A stretch of DNA of 64,000 bases from Lama guanicoe (taxonomy: Eukaryota), in assembly GCA_013239625.1 (NCBI GenBank), contig MU054323.1:4628214-4692213 (forward strand), written 5' to 3'. Made by a program: the position numbers and the translations under genes. The first letter of the stretch is position 1. Each line of letters opens with the position of its first letter. Below are positions 1-13,739 of the stretch, piece by piece. The notes beneath the pieces were generated by a model. It searched no databases. It was not told the origin of the DNA and was given only the letters and a program-made list of their open reading frames with translations.

Positions 1-190
1 CATTATCCTATTTGATCCTTGTACTAACTCTGTGTGGTAACAGCTCCTTTTCTTCCTCATCTTCTGCTCCTTCTTTTTCACATGATGAAATAACTGAAGC
101 ATAGACACTTTAAATAAATTGCCCAATGTCACAGTTAGTAAGAGGAAAACTTTGACCTGAAGCAATTTACTCCAGAGCTAGTTCTCCTAA
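1..190 (-). mobile_element. MIR SINE fragment
   Basis: Resembles the reverse MIR core (ttttcacatgatgaaataactgaagcataga...ttgcccaatgtcacagttagtaag...actccagagc). Confidence 0.8.
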
Positions 191-819
191 TCTGAGAATT
201 CACATATTTTACCTTTTTTTTTTTCTAAATGTTCAGCCCTAGAGGATATTTATTGTTGTCCTCAAATCATTGCTCGCTTCCTGCCTCAAGTATGACTCAG
301 AGCAAGACACAATTCCTCATGCCCGAGAGTTTAGGGACTTTCTGAATTTTAGGGAAGAGGTTGCAAATTATGACTGCTGGGAATGGACACACTTGTGCGA
401 TTTTTCCACTACCCAGGGGTCCAGCTTTCTGAGAGCCAAAGGGAATTTTATGACTCTGGAGAGAATGTGCTGGAAGAGAACAAGAGGAAGATAGGATCTG
501 GGGACAGACAGAAAAGTAATACAGTTGTGCAGAGAGGGGCACGCAACCAAAATAAAAAATTTCTAGGTGACAAATGCTAGTGAGTTTGTGAAATGGCAGT
601 TGTTTTCAGAATGAACAATAACTTGTGTGTTTTGCCTCTGACATACAGATCGTATAAATGTTTTAATCACCGAGAAGCTGATGTAGCAATATTAAAAATA
701 ATGTTTAAATAAAAAAATTACCTGTCATTTCACCATCCCAATAAAGCAATTACTTTTATTTGCTGGGCATATTATATATAGTCTATGGGAAAGAAATGTT
801 TCATTGTCTACTTGAATTA

Positions 820-1075
820 AAATGGTGACATAAACATTTCCATCTGCCAATTTAGTATAGTTTTAATGAGTCTACCATGCTCCATCAAGTAAATGTAAGG
901 TTAGTATTGGGCATTTTGACTATTAAATTTTTTTTTGACTATCGTAGCTAACTCTGCAATAATCATGTTGATTTATATAACATCCTGCTTCTGTTGAATA
1001 ATTTCTTTCATGTAAATTCTCGTTGAAAATGATGATTAGGTTAGAGGGAATGAATACCTTTATGTTTTTTGTTAC
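820..1075 (-). mobile_element. Old L1 (L1M/L1ME-like) 3' fragment
   Basis: Degenerate antisense L1 3'-end phrases (gggcattttgactatt...ctgcaataatcat...ttaggttagagggaatgaat). Confidence 0.5.
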
Positions 1076-3854
1076 AGACCAGGCATTCAGGTTTAATTTT
1101 TCATTCCGTGTATTTTAAGCATTTTTTCCTCTTTTGTTTGCTCTTGGGAAGACCCTCTGTATACACCTTTTGTGGGAGAACAAGAGATGGCCATTCAAAG
1201 GCAAATGTGTTGTCACAGAAGAATTTCTGAGAATAAAACGGAAGTAAAGGGGGATTCAGAAGAAACAGCCTCTTTTAATGCCTCTCTGCTCTTGTCCCAC
1301 CATATTGCATTCCTCTGTTTATTGTTTCGCCTTCCACTCGTACCTGTCAGTAACCTGGATGCTCCTGGGCAAGGGGAGACGGGTGGAGAGGCTCACCTCC
1401 AGCAATGAGGATGTGACACACAGTAGGTGCACAGGGTATAAGCTAGTGGATGCTGGGGGATGGATGGATAGGCACAGCCTTTTTCTTTAGAATTTTCCTT
1501 GTTGAAAGTATAATTTCCCTCAGGGATTCTGTCACATATTCTACCATTATTCCTTCGCTTCTTGGAAATTCCCCTTTTTCAACTTAAACACTGCCAGTCT
1601 ATGTAGCAGAGACTAGCTCATCAATCTGCCTTCTTTTGTCCCAGAATGTTGCCCCTACTTACACTCTGCTTGACTGAGTGAATGTAAATAATTCCGTGAA
1701 GGACTGAGAGATGGTGGTGCCACAGGACGGGAGGAACTGGAATTCTGCCTGATGAAAAGCCAGCCGGACTGTGACTGAGTGGGCACGTGCCTCCGTTGCG
1801 TTAACTGCAGAGACTGAGAAGCTGGTGGTTCCTGCAGCTGGGCGTTTGCTGTCCTGACTAACACACTTGACACAGTGATGATGATAAATCCGCAGGACCT
1901 CATCACTAGCCTAGAGAGTTGAATGAAATCTTTGAGGAACTCAGAACCCGGGATGGCGTCTCTGGCTTCATCACCATGAGTGCGAAGGGCATAGGACTGT
2001 AAGCTTCTTTGCCTAATGAGGTTGTCATTTATTTCCAAACTACCTGGCGAATCTGGGCTGTAAGTATTCTGAATCTAAACTGACAGCTCTGCTGAGGGAA
2101 AAAGGCTTGGCAGCCTTGTCTTCAGAAGTAAGTCTTATTCCAGGAAGTTTTTTGTTTTTTTTCTTTAATAACAGCACTCTTCAACACTGTTATACGGCCA
2201 AAGTGATTAGTGCTAAGAGTGTGGACATGGCCTCCAGATCATTAAACCAGTAGGTTTGCAACATGCATAATCTGAACTCAATATCTGTAATGCCACGAGA
2301 GATAAATGGCTGCGAAATCCCCTGCGCGGGGCTGTTCAGATGCGACTCTGGGGGAAAGCCGCCTCTCATGGAGCGGTATCTGCCTGCGGTGATTAGGCTG
2401 GAATTTAATTTTATTTAAATGTGTGAACACTTTTAATAAGGCTCTCGAGGTATTATGAAGTTTGCAGAATCTTTATATTTGAAAAATGTTTTATTTTGCT
2501 TGATAACATGTAGAAAAGCCCTTATTGTGATTAGCATATGAATAGCAGGATCATCTTAATACTCTTGTTATTAATATGACAGATTTGATTTTCCCAAAGG
2601 TGACAATTGAACCCAATTCTCAGATCAGCTAATCCATGTATTTATGTGAATTGAACTTTTCTACCTTGTAATTTGGTTCTGGAGTACACTGGATTTCTTC
2701 CTGCCCCGTGGGGTTCATGCACCAGTTTAAATACCTAAGTTAATGGCCTACTTTTTGCTCTATGCGAAGACTGAATTTTCTTCCCTGACTTTTGATATTT
2801 GTCCACATGCTTCATGCCGGCAGCAGGCATCTGTGTTGTTGTTTGTGTGCTCCGGAACCTCTGTGACGCTCACCTGCTTCTGAGACACAGGTTTCACTTG
2901 GGTCCACATCTGCTTTAAAGACATTTGCAGTTCATGATGGTATCTGAGTACTTGCTGAAGCCTTAAGGAAGATGAGATGGTTTTCTTTTTTAACTTCTCT
3001 TTGTACTCGTCTGTAGTGTCGGGTCCCTCCAGTTCCCCCTCTACAAACACATCACTGTTTCTTTTCCTTATTAAGAGTTGTCCTGCTTGTTTGCATGGTC
3101 CTCAGCGTCTCCTTGCATTGATCCGTGTTATGTTCTGTCTCCACCTGTGACCATATTCCAGCTCAGCCCTGCGAGGTCAAGTCCGTGGTTCCTGAGTCTG
3201 CACAGTGTGTTACCGCTCAGGGCGTACTGGTTCTCAGAAAAACCACCTTCAAGCTTTGTTTAGAAGCCACAGGGAATGTGCACCCACCTCTGAGTGCAGC
3301 AAGAGGATACAAACCCCGACTGCTAGTATGTTTTAGATATAGGGCTGCATAGGAATTCATTCTTGAAAAATTCCAAGATCTCTCCCATTGCCAACCATTT
3401 TTGTGCCTTGGCTATTCATCCAGGCCCATTCCCATCACACTTCCCAGCCTTCCCTATCCACATTTGGTTCTCCTGACTTTTCCAGCCTTTGTTGCCGCTT
3501 CTCTTCTATGCATAGTAACAGACTTACTACCCTCCAAATGCACCCACTCTTTTCTGGGACCATTCTTTAAATTGCTCTCCTTCTCTTGGTTGTCTGAATC
3601 TTATCCTATCCATTCTTCAAAGCTCAAGTCTTACTTTCTCAAAACTAGGGTAGGAACCTTCCTAAACATCCTGACCGGTGTGGTTCCAGCTCCTTTTCGG
3701 ACACCTTTCGGAATGTAAAACCACAGCACTTCCAGGACATGCTCCTCTTACCATGTCATATCGCGTACAGACCACATTGCTAAGAACCAGTTACAGCGTA
3801 TCATGGGGTTCGAGCATTCGCAGCATGAGCACAGAGCAGCAAATGAATTATGTA

Positions 3855-3975
3855 CTAGCAAATCTGGATTCGAATCCCTTTTTAGTTCCTAACCAGATGT
3901 ACAGCCCTGGGAACCTTAATGTTCCTCTGCGCATTTCAGTTTTACTTTTCTGCAAAAGAGAGAGTGCTATCTGAG
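3855..3975 (+). mobile_element. MIR SINE fragment
   Basis: ctggattcgaatccc...ctgggaaccttaat...ttcagttttacttttctgcaaaa resembles the forward MIR core. Confidence 0.65.
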
Positions 3976-5199
3976 TGAACTGACTATCCTATAAAGTTGC
4001 TATCAGAAAAATCCATTATTTTCGCATTTCAGAATAGTGGCATCTCCTATTATTAACCAGATTTTGTATAAAACTCAGTGTGTCCTTAACGTTGATAAAC
4101 ATAATAATGTAATTAATTGATGTAGATTAAAAAAGAAAATAAGATTTGTCAGGGGGTGTATGTAAACTGCACTTGAAAATCAGTCTCTTTGTTTTAGAAT
4201 CACACCGTGTATTCATCCTTTAAATATGGCACTTCCCTGATTATTCTGACAGCAAGCAACTTTTTCTCTCCTTGATTTTTTTTTCCCAACAAATAGTTTC
4301 CTGCTAAGCCTGTATATCAAATGAAGATACACCGACATGTAAAAGTCAGAAGAAAACTTGTACTGGAGAATATGGTACAGAGATTGTATGAACACTATGC
4401 TGGTAGATCGGGGCTTTTTCAAAGGAAGTGATGGCATGCCATTCAAGTGTCACAGAGAAGGACTTGTACACAGCGCGGGAGACCACTGACAACTCCTGTT
4501 ACCTTGTGTGTTTCAGGATTTACGAGTTGGTGGCTGCACTCTCTGGCCTTTCTGGGGTTTGTTAAGTCTCCTTGAGCAGCACAAAGCAGGCATGTTGTGC
4601 AATGAAAGCTGAGTGAAGAAGTGAAAAGTCTTTGCAGTAAAGTTTTGATAAAGGGACCCGTCCAAGCGGCCGGCAGCAATTCTGCTGGGCATTTGGAGAA
4701 GTGGGTGGATCTGGCTTTCAAACGTCAAAAGAAGAGGAAATTCTTTCTTCGAGGCTGGTCTGAAGGGATAGTGAAATTGCCCTGCTGGGGCCAGAGAGGT
4801 AGGATCACAGCCTGCTGCTGACAGTGACTGCTAACAGGCTGCAGCTTTTGTCACCTCACGCTGCCAGCGTCCACTCTCGTGCTGACAAAGACATTGACCT
4901 TTGGTAGACTTGATTCACTGAAATAATAAGGGGGCAGCAGAAATATATTTGCATAATGTAAAGAGTGTATATGCTACCGCCCCAGAAGTATGTCGTGTAG
5001 AATAAAAATGCAAATCATTCTGTCCTCCCTAATTAAATGCATGACCCGAGGGCAAACCACAACCCAAATCCAAAACTCTGAGCATTATTTGGATGAAGAT
5101 GTGGTGGAGTTTTCAGTCTTTTCAGGAATCTTTAGAATCGCTCAAGTCCTCCTTGGTATAGGGGAAGGAACCCGACAGCTATGGTGGGAAGTGTTTAGA

Positions 5200-5345
5200 G
5201 TTAGAAGGAAAATTCTGCTTTTACATTTGCTTATTATGATCCTTGGCATTAAGTCATTTATTCTTTCTGAGCCTTAACTCCTAATGTATAAAATGAGGAC
5301 AATGTTGTATGTGGGATGAATTATGTAACGATATAAGCAATTTTT
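5200..5345 (+). mobile_element. MIR SINE fragment
   Basis: tgatccttggcattaagtcattt...tttctgagccttaactcctaatgtataaaatgaggacaat resembles the MIR core. Confidence 0.65.
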
Positions 5346-5384
5346 AAATTATGATGTGCAGATTTTAAAAATCATTACTGTCAC

Positions 5385-5830
5385 AGGATCAAATATTTAT
5401 GCTGTTTTAATTGGGGTCCTCTGAGAAGCAGGCACAAAGAAGAGTTTAAATATGCAAGGGTTTTAGTGGTGGGAATGTCTGTGTGGGGGACAAGAGGGAG
5501 GGAGCTGAGGGGAGCTGGGAGAACTGATGTACCTTCATGCCAGTGTGACCCTGAGTGAGAAGACGAAGGGAGGGCATTTGAGCGAATGCGTCCTAGATGG
5601 CTGTGCGGTCTAGAGTCTGGCAGAGCCATCCACGAGTCTTCAAGCCAAAGGTGGCTGTCAGGGGAGTCCTGCATCCCCGAGGAATGGTCTGCCTTAGCAT
5701 TTCTGCCAGACTCTGTCATTGGCTGGGGGAGGCTTGGCTTTGATGCAAAGACAGCAATGAACACCGCAGTACAACAGCTGCGTCAATTGGCTCCTGACAG
5801 TCGGACGTCTAAGAGCTTTCTCACGGCTGC
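5385..5830. mobile_element. Solo LTR, ERVL-class (LTR16/LTR33-like)
   Basis: ggggtcctctgagaagcaggcacaaagaagagtttaaatatgcaagggtttt...gtcattggctgggggaggc resembles recalled ERVL LTR consensus; subfamily uncertain. Confidence 0.5.
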
Positions 5831-5869
5831 TACGTGTATTTTACACCCAAGGAATTTTCTCAGAAGAGC

Positions 5870-6960
5870 AGAGCCGGGATGACAGGCCAGCCGTGAAGAG
5901 ACGTGGGTCACACGTGTAGGCAGAGGGAATAGCTACCGTAAAGCGTCCGAGACCACGTGAGCCCTCGCCACGTGCAAGGAGGCCCGTGTGGCCGGAGCCC
6001 TAAGTGAGGGGGCAGTTGTAGGAGGTGACGTCAGAGAAGCAGCAGGAGACCCGACGATGTGGGGCTTCACGGGTCACGTGAAGGGTCTGAGTTTTTTAGC
6101 ATAAAATGTAAACGCATTATAGAGTGTCTTTTTAGGCAGGTGAGTAGCTTGTTTCAGGTTAAATTATTTTAAGGATTAGTCTGTCTGATGTGTGTATGGG
6201 GCAAAAGTGCAGGACAGGAGACTAGTTGGAAGATCTAGTCTAGGTGAGGGAAGACGGGCCAGGCTAGTAAGAGTGGAAGTGGGAAGGGGTTAACTGATCT
6301 GGAATATATTTTAAAAGTCTGGCCAACGTGACTTTTTGATCATTTGGACTCTCTGATTAGATTTCCTAAAGAGGAGGAAAGCATGTTTCAAGGGTTATGC
6401 CTTACTTTGGGTTTAGGAACCTTATAGGTAGAATCATATTTATTTAGAAGGGAAGAACAGATTTTAAAGGATGGGGAATCACATTTTCCGTGTTGGCCAT
6501 GTTTAGCTTGAGATACCTATTAGACATATTTGTAACATTCATAAAAAGCATTAAGAAGGCAATTAGAGTTATTGCTTGGAACTTAGAGGGGAGATGAGAC
6601 CTGGAGATACAATTTTGGGAGTCACTGACAGATGGGTGATATTTAAGTGTGTGGTACTAGATAAGATTGCATATAGGAGAACTATAGCTAGAAAAGGGAA
6701 GATGTTATAGGACCAAGCCTTGAAGCAGTCCAACTTTGAGAATTCTGGAAGAGGTGGAAAACAAAACAAAATAGACTGTGAGAAGGCAGCCAACGGGGTA
6801 GAAGAGCCAGAAGAGGATGATGTTATGGAAGCCTAGAGAAAACCAGTTTCCATGAGAAGGGGGAAGCCAGTGATACTCCATGTCACTTTGAAGATGGGAG
6901 AAGTGGCCATTTAACACTCCAGTACAAAGGTCACTATTACCCTCTGAGATCAGCATATAA
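5870..6960 (-). mobile_element. L2 LINE fragment (~1.1 kb)
   Basis: Antisense L2 phrases: gcaaggaggcccgtgtggccggagc, ttggccatgtttagcttgagatacctattagaca, ctggagatacaattttgggagtca, atgttatggaagcctagaga. Confidence 0.85.
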
Positions 6961-7944
6961 CGGTTTAGTGATTGGTCCAGGGCCATGCTGCTAATATATG
7001 GTAAAGCTGGGACCCACATGCAACTCTGTCATTGTATGTATGTGTGTACACATATATATTCATATTCATTCATTAGCCATGCCTTCACACACGCTGTGAT
7101 TGATCACCCTCTGTCAATCACACTGAAGTTTTAGTCTTATGTCTTGGACGAAATTGAAAGTTCTTTAAAGAAGAGGCAATGACACACATACTTAGTGAGT
7201 TCACCTTAGCATCTGACACAGCACTCTGCTCAGAGAAGGTGCTTGGAGTCTTCCAGCTGGTCAGGCAAGAGCTGCATTTTGTTGTGAGACACCAGGCTAG
7301 CAATGCAGGCAGCGAGGATGATGGCCAGTCATTGTCATACTGTTCAACTCATGCGGATGCTTCATCTCGCTAGAGAGGATGAATATTTCTCTTGCCCTTT
7401 ACTGCTTCCAGGGAGTCCAGGGTCCACTTCTAAAACAAGCAGACATTAATCGGAGAAACTTGGTATTATCTGGGATTCCTAAAGCAATTCTTTATCCCTA
7501 AGTTTTCTAAGGTAGAGTTTTGGTGTACAAATATAGCTTAACTTTGTGACAGAATTTGATCTTCAGACACATTTGCTGTTTCATGGTTCAGTTCACATGA
7601 CCTACAATTCTCATAAAGCCAGCGTTCTATAACTGGTAGTTACCAACCATGAAACCGTAACTGTGATTCTTTAGGACCAAGATACCCATGGAGTCTAAAG
7701 TACATTTGCTGTTTGAATGTAGAGGTGGAACATGTATCTATCGGTACAATGGTATCAGTCTGAAGGTGAATCAGTTGGTTTTCCATATGCAGACTTGTCT
7801 TATTATATGCCAGTGGAACCCCAGGTGTAAATGCTGACCAGGATTTTATTTACTTTGCTACCATTTAGTATCTGAAACAGGTGTTAGTGGTTTGGAAATG
7901 AAGGCTACATCATCTGTGTTTCCATAGTCCATCGATTCTGAGAC

Positions 7945-8320
7945 AGCTAGGACCTAAGGGAATGTGGCCTGGAGAAAACACTGGTGACATGCGAACTGTC
8001 AATAAATATTTGATGTGCTGTCATGTGGAACAGGAAGCAGGCTTGCTCTGTTGGCTCCAGCAGGCAGAACTAGGACTCATGTGTGGGAATTACATGGAGG
8101 CAGATGTGGACTCCAGATTAGAAAGAAGTTTCTAATAATTAGAGTTTGAAATTGAAGAGAGCAATTGCATCAGACAGTCAGTTCTTCCTTGCTTTGGGTA
8201 TTAAAGAAGAGAGTGCATTTCTTTTCAAGGATGCTGCAGAAGAGTTCTTACATTGTATGCATGCTTGGAGTAAGTGATGTCAGTGCATCTCCCAGATCAA
8301 AGTAACTGAGATCTTGTAAG
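7945..8320 (+). mobile_element. L3/CR1 LINE 3' end
   Basis: aaatatttgatgtgctgtcatgtggaa...ggctccagcaggcagaactaggac...ttacatggaggcagat...tttctaataattagag is co-linear with the L3 3' consensus. Confidence 0.8.
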
Positions 8321-9131
8321 GTTGATATACAGTTGGGGTATAGTATGACGAGAGGACAACACCTGTCTCTACTTCTTCCTCATTCCCCGTGCAGACCACT
8401 GTCAGCTTGTGTCAGTATTTGCAAGTCCTCTGGAAAGTATATCTCGTGACCTGAATAATCAGGTTAGAAGTCCACTCACATGGACTGAGATATCCTCAGA
8501 CACAAGTTATCCTGTGTTACTTCCAGTATGTTGGTTCCTCTTTTTATTCACTCTTCCTGTATCCTTCTCCCTTCTCTAACCCTACTTCCTTTACCCCTCA
8601 CCCTCTCCAATCTTTCTAGCATGCTTTCTTATAACAGAAAGCACTTTCTATATTCCTAAATATATAACTAAATGTCTCCCCTAGTTCCTTCAATAACAAG
8701 AATACAGTTCTATCATGAGTCTCTGTTCGACTTGCCCTCTTTCAAAGTGAGGGATTTCTCACAATCCATTTGTCATGTTTTGGGGAGATAGGCTTTTTCT
8801 ATTTTCCCACAATTTTAAATCCAAATCAGTACTTTTTCACTGTCCAGTGAAGAGCTTACGCTTTGTCTCAAGCCCCACTATGAACGTTCTCAGGAATGTT
8901 ATCTTCCAGCCTCTCCATTCCACCCTCCTGTTCATCTTAGCAGCAGGCTCACAGTCTTGTCTCAAGTTCTGCCTTTAGGTGGAGGGCACCCAGTGTGCAT
9001 TTAAACAATGTTTCCGGCATTTTGGCTGCTTATAGATTGAAATCCTCAACTTCAGTGAACTGCACCTCCATTTTAATTCAGCATTCTACTCTTCTGGTCG
9101 AATGGTACTTGTTCAGTTCCCACAACTGCAA

Positions 9132-9760
9132 TTTTTTAAAGCACTTTATGGAAGCTTAATATGCATACAGAAATGCGCACACATCGTACGGGTATAGTCT
9201 GGTGAATTTTCTGAACTAAACACAACTTGTCCCAGTACAAGACCAAGGACATTACCAGCACTCTAGATACCCTTCCAGTCACTACGTTCCTGAGAATAAG
9301 TGTAATCCATGTATAATTAGTTTTGACAATTTTATAATTTTTATAAATGGAATCAAATAATTTTTGTGGCTGATGATCTTGGTTGATCATTATGTTTGTA
9401 GGATGTAACAGTATTACTGCACGTTGGTTTATGGTGTTCCATTATGCGAAGATACCAAATACATTATCCATTCTGCCGGTCAGTTGGGTAGTTTTCAATT
9501 GTTGTCTATTTCAGATATCGTTGATCCGAACATGTGGGTACGTCGCTTTCGGAACAAATATTCTGTTGGCAGTGTATCGGGGAGTGGGATTGCTAATTCA
9601 TATCATATGTGCATATTCAGCCTGTGTAGAAGCTGATGGGGAGCTGAACCAATTCATGTTCCAATCAGTGGGACACGAGACTCTCTAGTTGCTTCACATC
9701 TTCACTGTATCTTCCTGTGTCCTTCTTCTGTCCCGCTGGCACACCGCCGTGGCTTTGGAT
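9132..9760 (-). mobile_element. Old L1 (L1MB/L1ME-like) 3' UTR
   Basis: Antisense L1 tail: acagaaatgcgcacacatc...attaccagcactctaga...ttataaatggaatcaaata...gggagtgggattgct. Confidence 0.8.
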
Positions 9761-9789
9761 GGCATTTGTGGTATTTATTCTTATTTTCT

Positions 9790-12660
9790 AGCTTAATCTC
9801 ACTTATAGTCACAACATTTACTCTGAATGATTTCAGTATTTTTAAACGTAGAGTCTCTCTTTATTATCCAACATATAGTTGATTTTGGTAAATGTCCCGT
9901 ATGTACTTAAAAAAAAAAAGAATTCTGGTTTTGGGTGCATTGTTACATGTGTATTAGTTAGGTCCAGTTCATTAACTGGTTTGTTCAGATTTTCTCTATC
10001 CTTGCCAATGTCTTATCAGCTATTGCAAGGGGGTGTGTCAAACTCTTTCACTGCATGGCTAGTAGGTCTGATTCTCATTTTAGCTGTATTCATTCTTGCT
10101 CTGATTTTAATAAAGCTATTTTTTAGAGATAAACAGATTTAGAACTGTGCTATATTTCTGTGGGATTGATCCATTTATACTAATGATAATATATATATTT
10201 ATATCTCCAGGAGTGTGTCTTGCCCTAATCTGTACTTTTGGTTTTTTGCATATATTACTTAGAGTGTGTGTTTTGTAAGTGCCTTATAGTTGAATGTTCA
10301 ACTTTTAATGCAATCTGACAACTTTAATATTTTGGTAGATTATTTAAACCATTTGCATTTAATAGAATTAGTTTATTTGATAGTTTACATTATTTTACTG
10401 TTATTTTAGTTATTACCTTAGAAGTAACAACGTACCTCTTCGACTTACTGGCATATAATAAAAACAATCAGTTTCATCACTTCTTGATTCAGCTAAAATA
10501 GCTGGAAAATTTTCACATTTTATCCTTTTCCAATTTTAGTATTATTTCTGTCTAGCGGTATCTGTGTGCATTTTAGTTCTGAGTATATCAGACAGTCCGC
10601 ACAACATTACATCTATTTGTGCCATCAATATTCATTTATCTCTAGTTGTACTTTTATCCTTTTTGGTGTTCTTCATTCCCTCCTACATTTTCTTGTTTTC
10701 ATCTGGGAACATTTTCTTTCTACTGAAAAATTCACTTTTATATTTCTTTTAGCGCATCTCCTCTGATGACAAATTTAGTTATGTTTTGCTTTTGTGGGTT
10801 TTTTTTTTTTTGTCTGAGAACTGTATTTACTTTACTTTCATTCTGAAGGTTACATTTGGCTAGGTAACTGATACTAAGTTGACAATTGTTTTCTTTTATC
10901 CTTTCAAAGATGTTTTTTCATTGTTTTCTGACTTCCATTATTTCTCTTCAGAAGCCTGATGTTTTGTCAGACAATGTCTTTTTTTTTCTGACTGCCTTTT
11001 AAGTTTTTATTTTGTACTTGGTTTCAAGAAACTTCTCTATGATGTGCAAACTTGTGATTTCCCTTAAGTTTATTCTTCTTAGGTTTCTCAGAAATTATTG
11101 AGTCTGTGGGAAGATATCTTCCAGTAGTTTTGGAAAATTTTCAAGTGGTATGGCTTTAGATATTGTTTTTGCCCTCTCTCTTTCTTCCTCTTATATAATT
11201 TCAATTACGCATATTTTTGACACACATCTCCTATGCTCTTATCTGATATTTACATTTTATTCTTTTTGTACTTTAATTTATATTTTCCTATGACCTGTTT
11301 TCAAGTTCATTAATCCTGTATTTTGCTGGGATCAATCTGCTCATAAAATTATCCATCCTTATGTTCAGATGTTGTATTTCTAAGTTCCAGAATAAACATT
11401 TAATCTATTTTTAAAATAAATTTCAATTTCCTGGTAAAATTTTACTTTATTTGATCTATTTTGTCTTTCTTTTCCATTAGTATCTTTAAAATATTATTAA
11501 CATTTATTTTACAATCCCCATCTGTTAACTCTATTATGCCCCAGAGGTTGGAAGACTTGCTCGGTAAAGGGCCAGAAAAGCAAAAACTTTAGGCTTGTTG
11601 TCTACATGATCTCTGTCTTATTACTCAACCACTATTGTAGCAAAAAAGCAGCCATAGATGATACATAAGTAAATGAACGCAGCTGTGTTCCAAGAAGACT
11701 TTATTTATAAAAAGAGACATTGGTGATAATTTGTCCCAGAGATCATAACATATCAATCTCTGATCTGCTTCATCTTTGGGTTGGTTTCTATTATTTTATA
11801 TTTGTCTTGGTCCATTAAATAGTCTTGCCTCTTTACATAGTTAATAATTTAGATGATATGCCAGACATTGTGAATAAAGGAACAGTAAAAGCTTCTATAA
11901 TTATGTTTCATCAGAGATTCTTTCCTTTTTTTGTTGTTATTGCAGACAGAAGATCTGATGGCCTCTGTTCAGTCAAGGTTTGAGCTGTGTTGGGTTTGAT
12001 TTCAGTTTCAAAGAGATTCAGTCTAGTTCCGGTTTATTTCTGTTCCTATGGATTTATTATCGTAAGATTTTTATTGAAAGGCTTGTGGATATTTGTCTCC
12101 TTTGTCTTGGAAACTGCAGAGATTTATTCTTCACCTTCAGGGATTTATAGCTTACTTCTTTAGCCTCCCACCTCAGAACAGCTTCAAAGCTTGGTAATGT
12201 CTTAAGAAGCAGAGCGACAATATTTGAGGTAGACTCCTTCCTTTGGAAGCTTTTGTTGTTTTCCTCAAGTAAAATGAGATGTGGATAATTTCTTTTTACC
12301 TTTAAAACTGTTAACTTTATATTCCCACCTTCCATGCAACCCCAACATTCAGAAAATATGTTGTAGCAAAAGCAAGCCATGCCTCCGAGTCCTCTGAAGC
12401 ATCCAACATAGTTTTCTATCCTGGTGTCATCCCAAAAGCTTTGCTAGTGTTTCTGGCCCATAGTGTTGTCCCTCTCCTTGGCTCAATACTTAGTGCATGA
12501 GCAGATCTGAAAAATACCCCAGGAAACAAAGTGAATGGCAATCATTATCAGTTTATTTCAAGGCAGTTCTCATTCCCAAATTGTAATTCATCTAGTTCTT
12601 ACTGCTTCCACAAACCAGAGACAGATATTTTTAACAATATGATTTTTAAAAAATATTTAC
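9790..12660 (-). mobile_element. Degraded old L1 (L1M) internal/5' region, interrupted by MER58A
   Basis: Long T-rich stretch with antisense L1 ORF phrases (gattttggtaaatgtcccgtatgtactt, aatgcaatctgacaacttt, ttttggaaaattttcaag, caagttcattaatcct); no intact ORF. Confidence 0.7.
11542..11762 (+). mobile_element. MER58A (hAT-Charlie) non-autonomous DNA transposon
   Basis: Full-length co-linear match: cagaggttgg...gtaaagggccaga...aaagcagccatagatgatacataagtaaatgaacgcagctgtgttccaa...actttattta...caatctctg. Confidence 0.85.
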
Positions 12661-13739
12661 CCAAGCTAGTATAACAACATACATCTTTGTATTTTTAGAT
12701 TCTTTTCTAAATTAATTCCTCTAATTGGAATTTTTGAGTGAAAAAATACGACTCTTCCATGTAAATGAGTACTGGGAATTTCTATTCAGAAAGCTTAACA
12801 ACTAGTTTGGCATTGTATATGAACAAATCTTTAGTAAAGCCAACCTAATGAGCAAAAGCAGAAGGTAGCAGGCTGATATTTATTTGTTTAATGATTGACT
12901 GAGTCATTCATTCAGTCAGTCAGTCTTACAGTCATCAAATAAATATTTGCCAGAGGCTGAACAAAGTTGCAAGGTATCTTGACGAACAGATTTGAAAAGA
13001 ATTCTGCCGTCTTGAAGTTTAAGTTCTGATGGGATGAAGAAAAGATTTTCACGTGTCTTTTGGCTGTTTTAATTTCATCTGTGAATTACTCTTCTCGTAT
13101 CTTGCTTACTTTGCTACTAGATTCTTCGGTTTTTTCTAGTGGTGCACGTTTTACGTGCAGTCTATGTGTGTTACTATTTCTCTACTTTGCGTAGGGGTTA
13201 TGCTTAAAGGTTATGCTCCATGCTAAGATTAAAAATGTCAGGCGCCCATCTTTCCTCCTGTTTTGTATTTAAATCTTATATTTAAATACTTAGGCATAAT
13301 TATGGTAATGATCCAGATTTCTCTTCCCACCCAAATGGCTAACTAGTTATCCAAAGATAATGTGTTAACTGCATTATTTTTACTCACTGACTTGAAATGT
13401 CTCTATTATTATCATATACTAAATTTTGATATACACCTACTCTTTTTTATGTCTTTTTTAAGGATCTTTTCGTATATTTTTGATTACCATAAATTTAAAT
13501 ATCTGGAACGGTATTGTATTTGAATCAGAATGATAGATACGGAAAGAGATAAAAAGAAGAATGAGAGGCAATATTTCAGGTGTCACTGGCTGAATTTTTT
13601 TGGGTAATGATAAAAGTAACAACATTAGTAAGGGAATAAAGGTGTGAAAATGCATGGTCTGTATGACTGGAGATAAAACTGGAGAAGTACGACAAGGTTA
13701 TAGAAAGAAGAGTCTTTTTTTTTTTTTTTTTTGCCATTT

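Noticed and set aside
1644..2135. Splice-like sites on both strands (plus acceptor at 1644, minus donor at 1663, plus donors near 2059 and 2128) and a 127-aa ORF
   Set aside because: Signals conflict in strand and the peptide is unrecognisable; such sites are common by chance.
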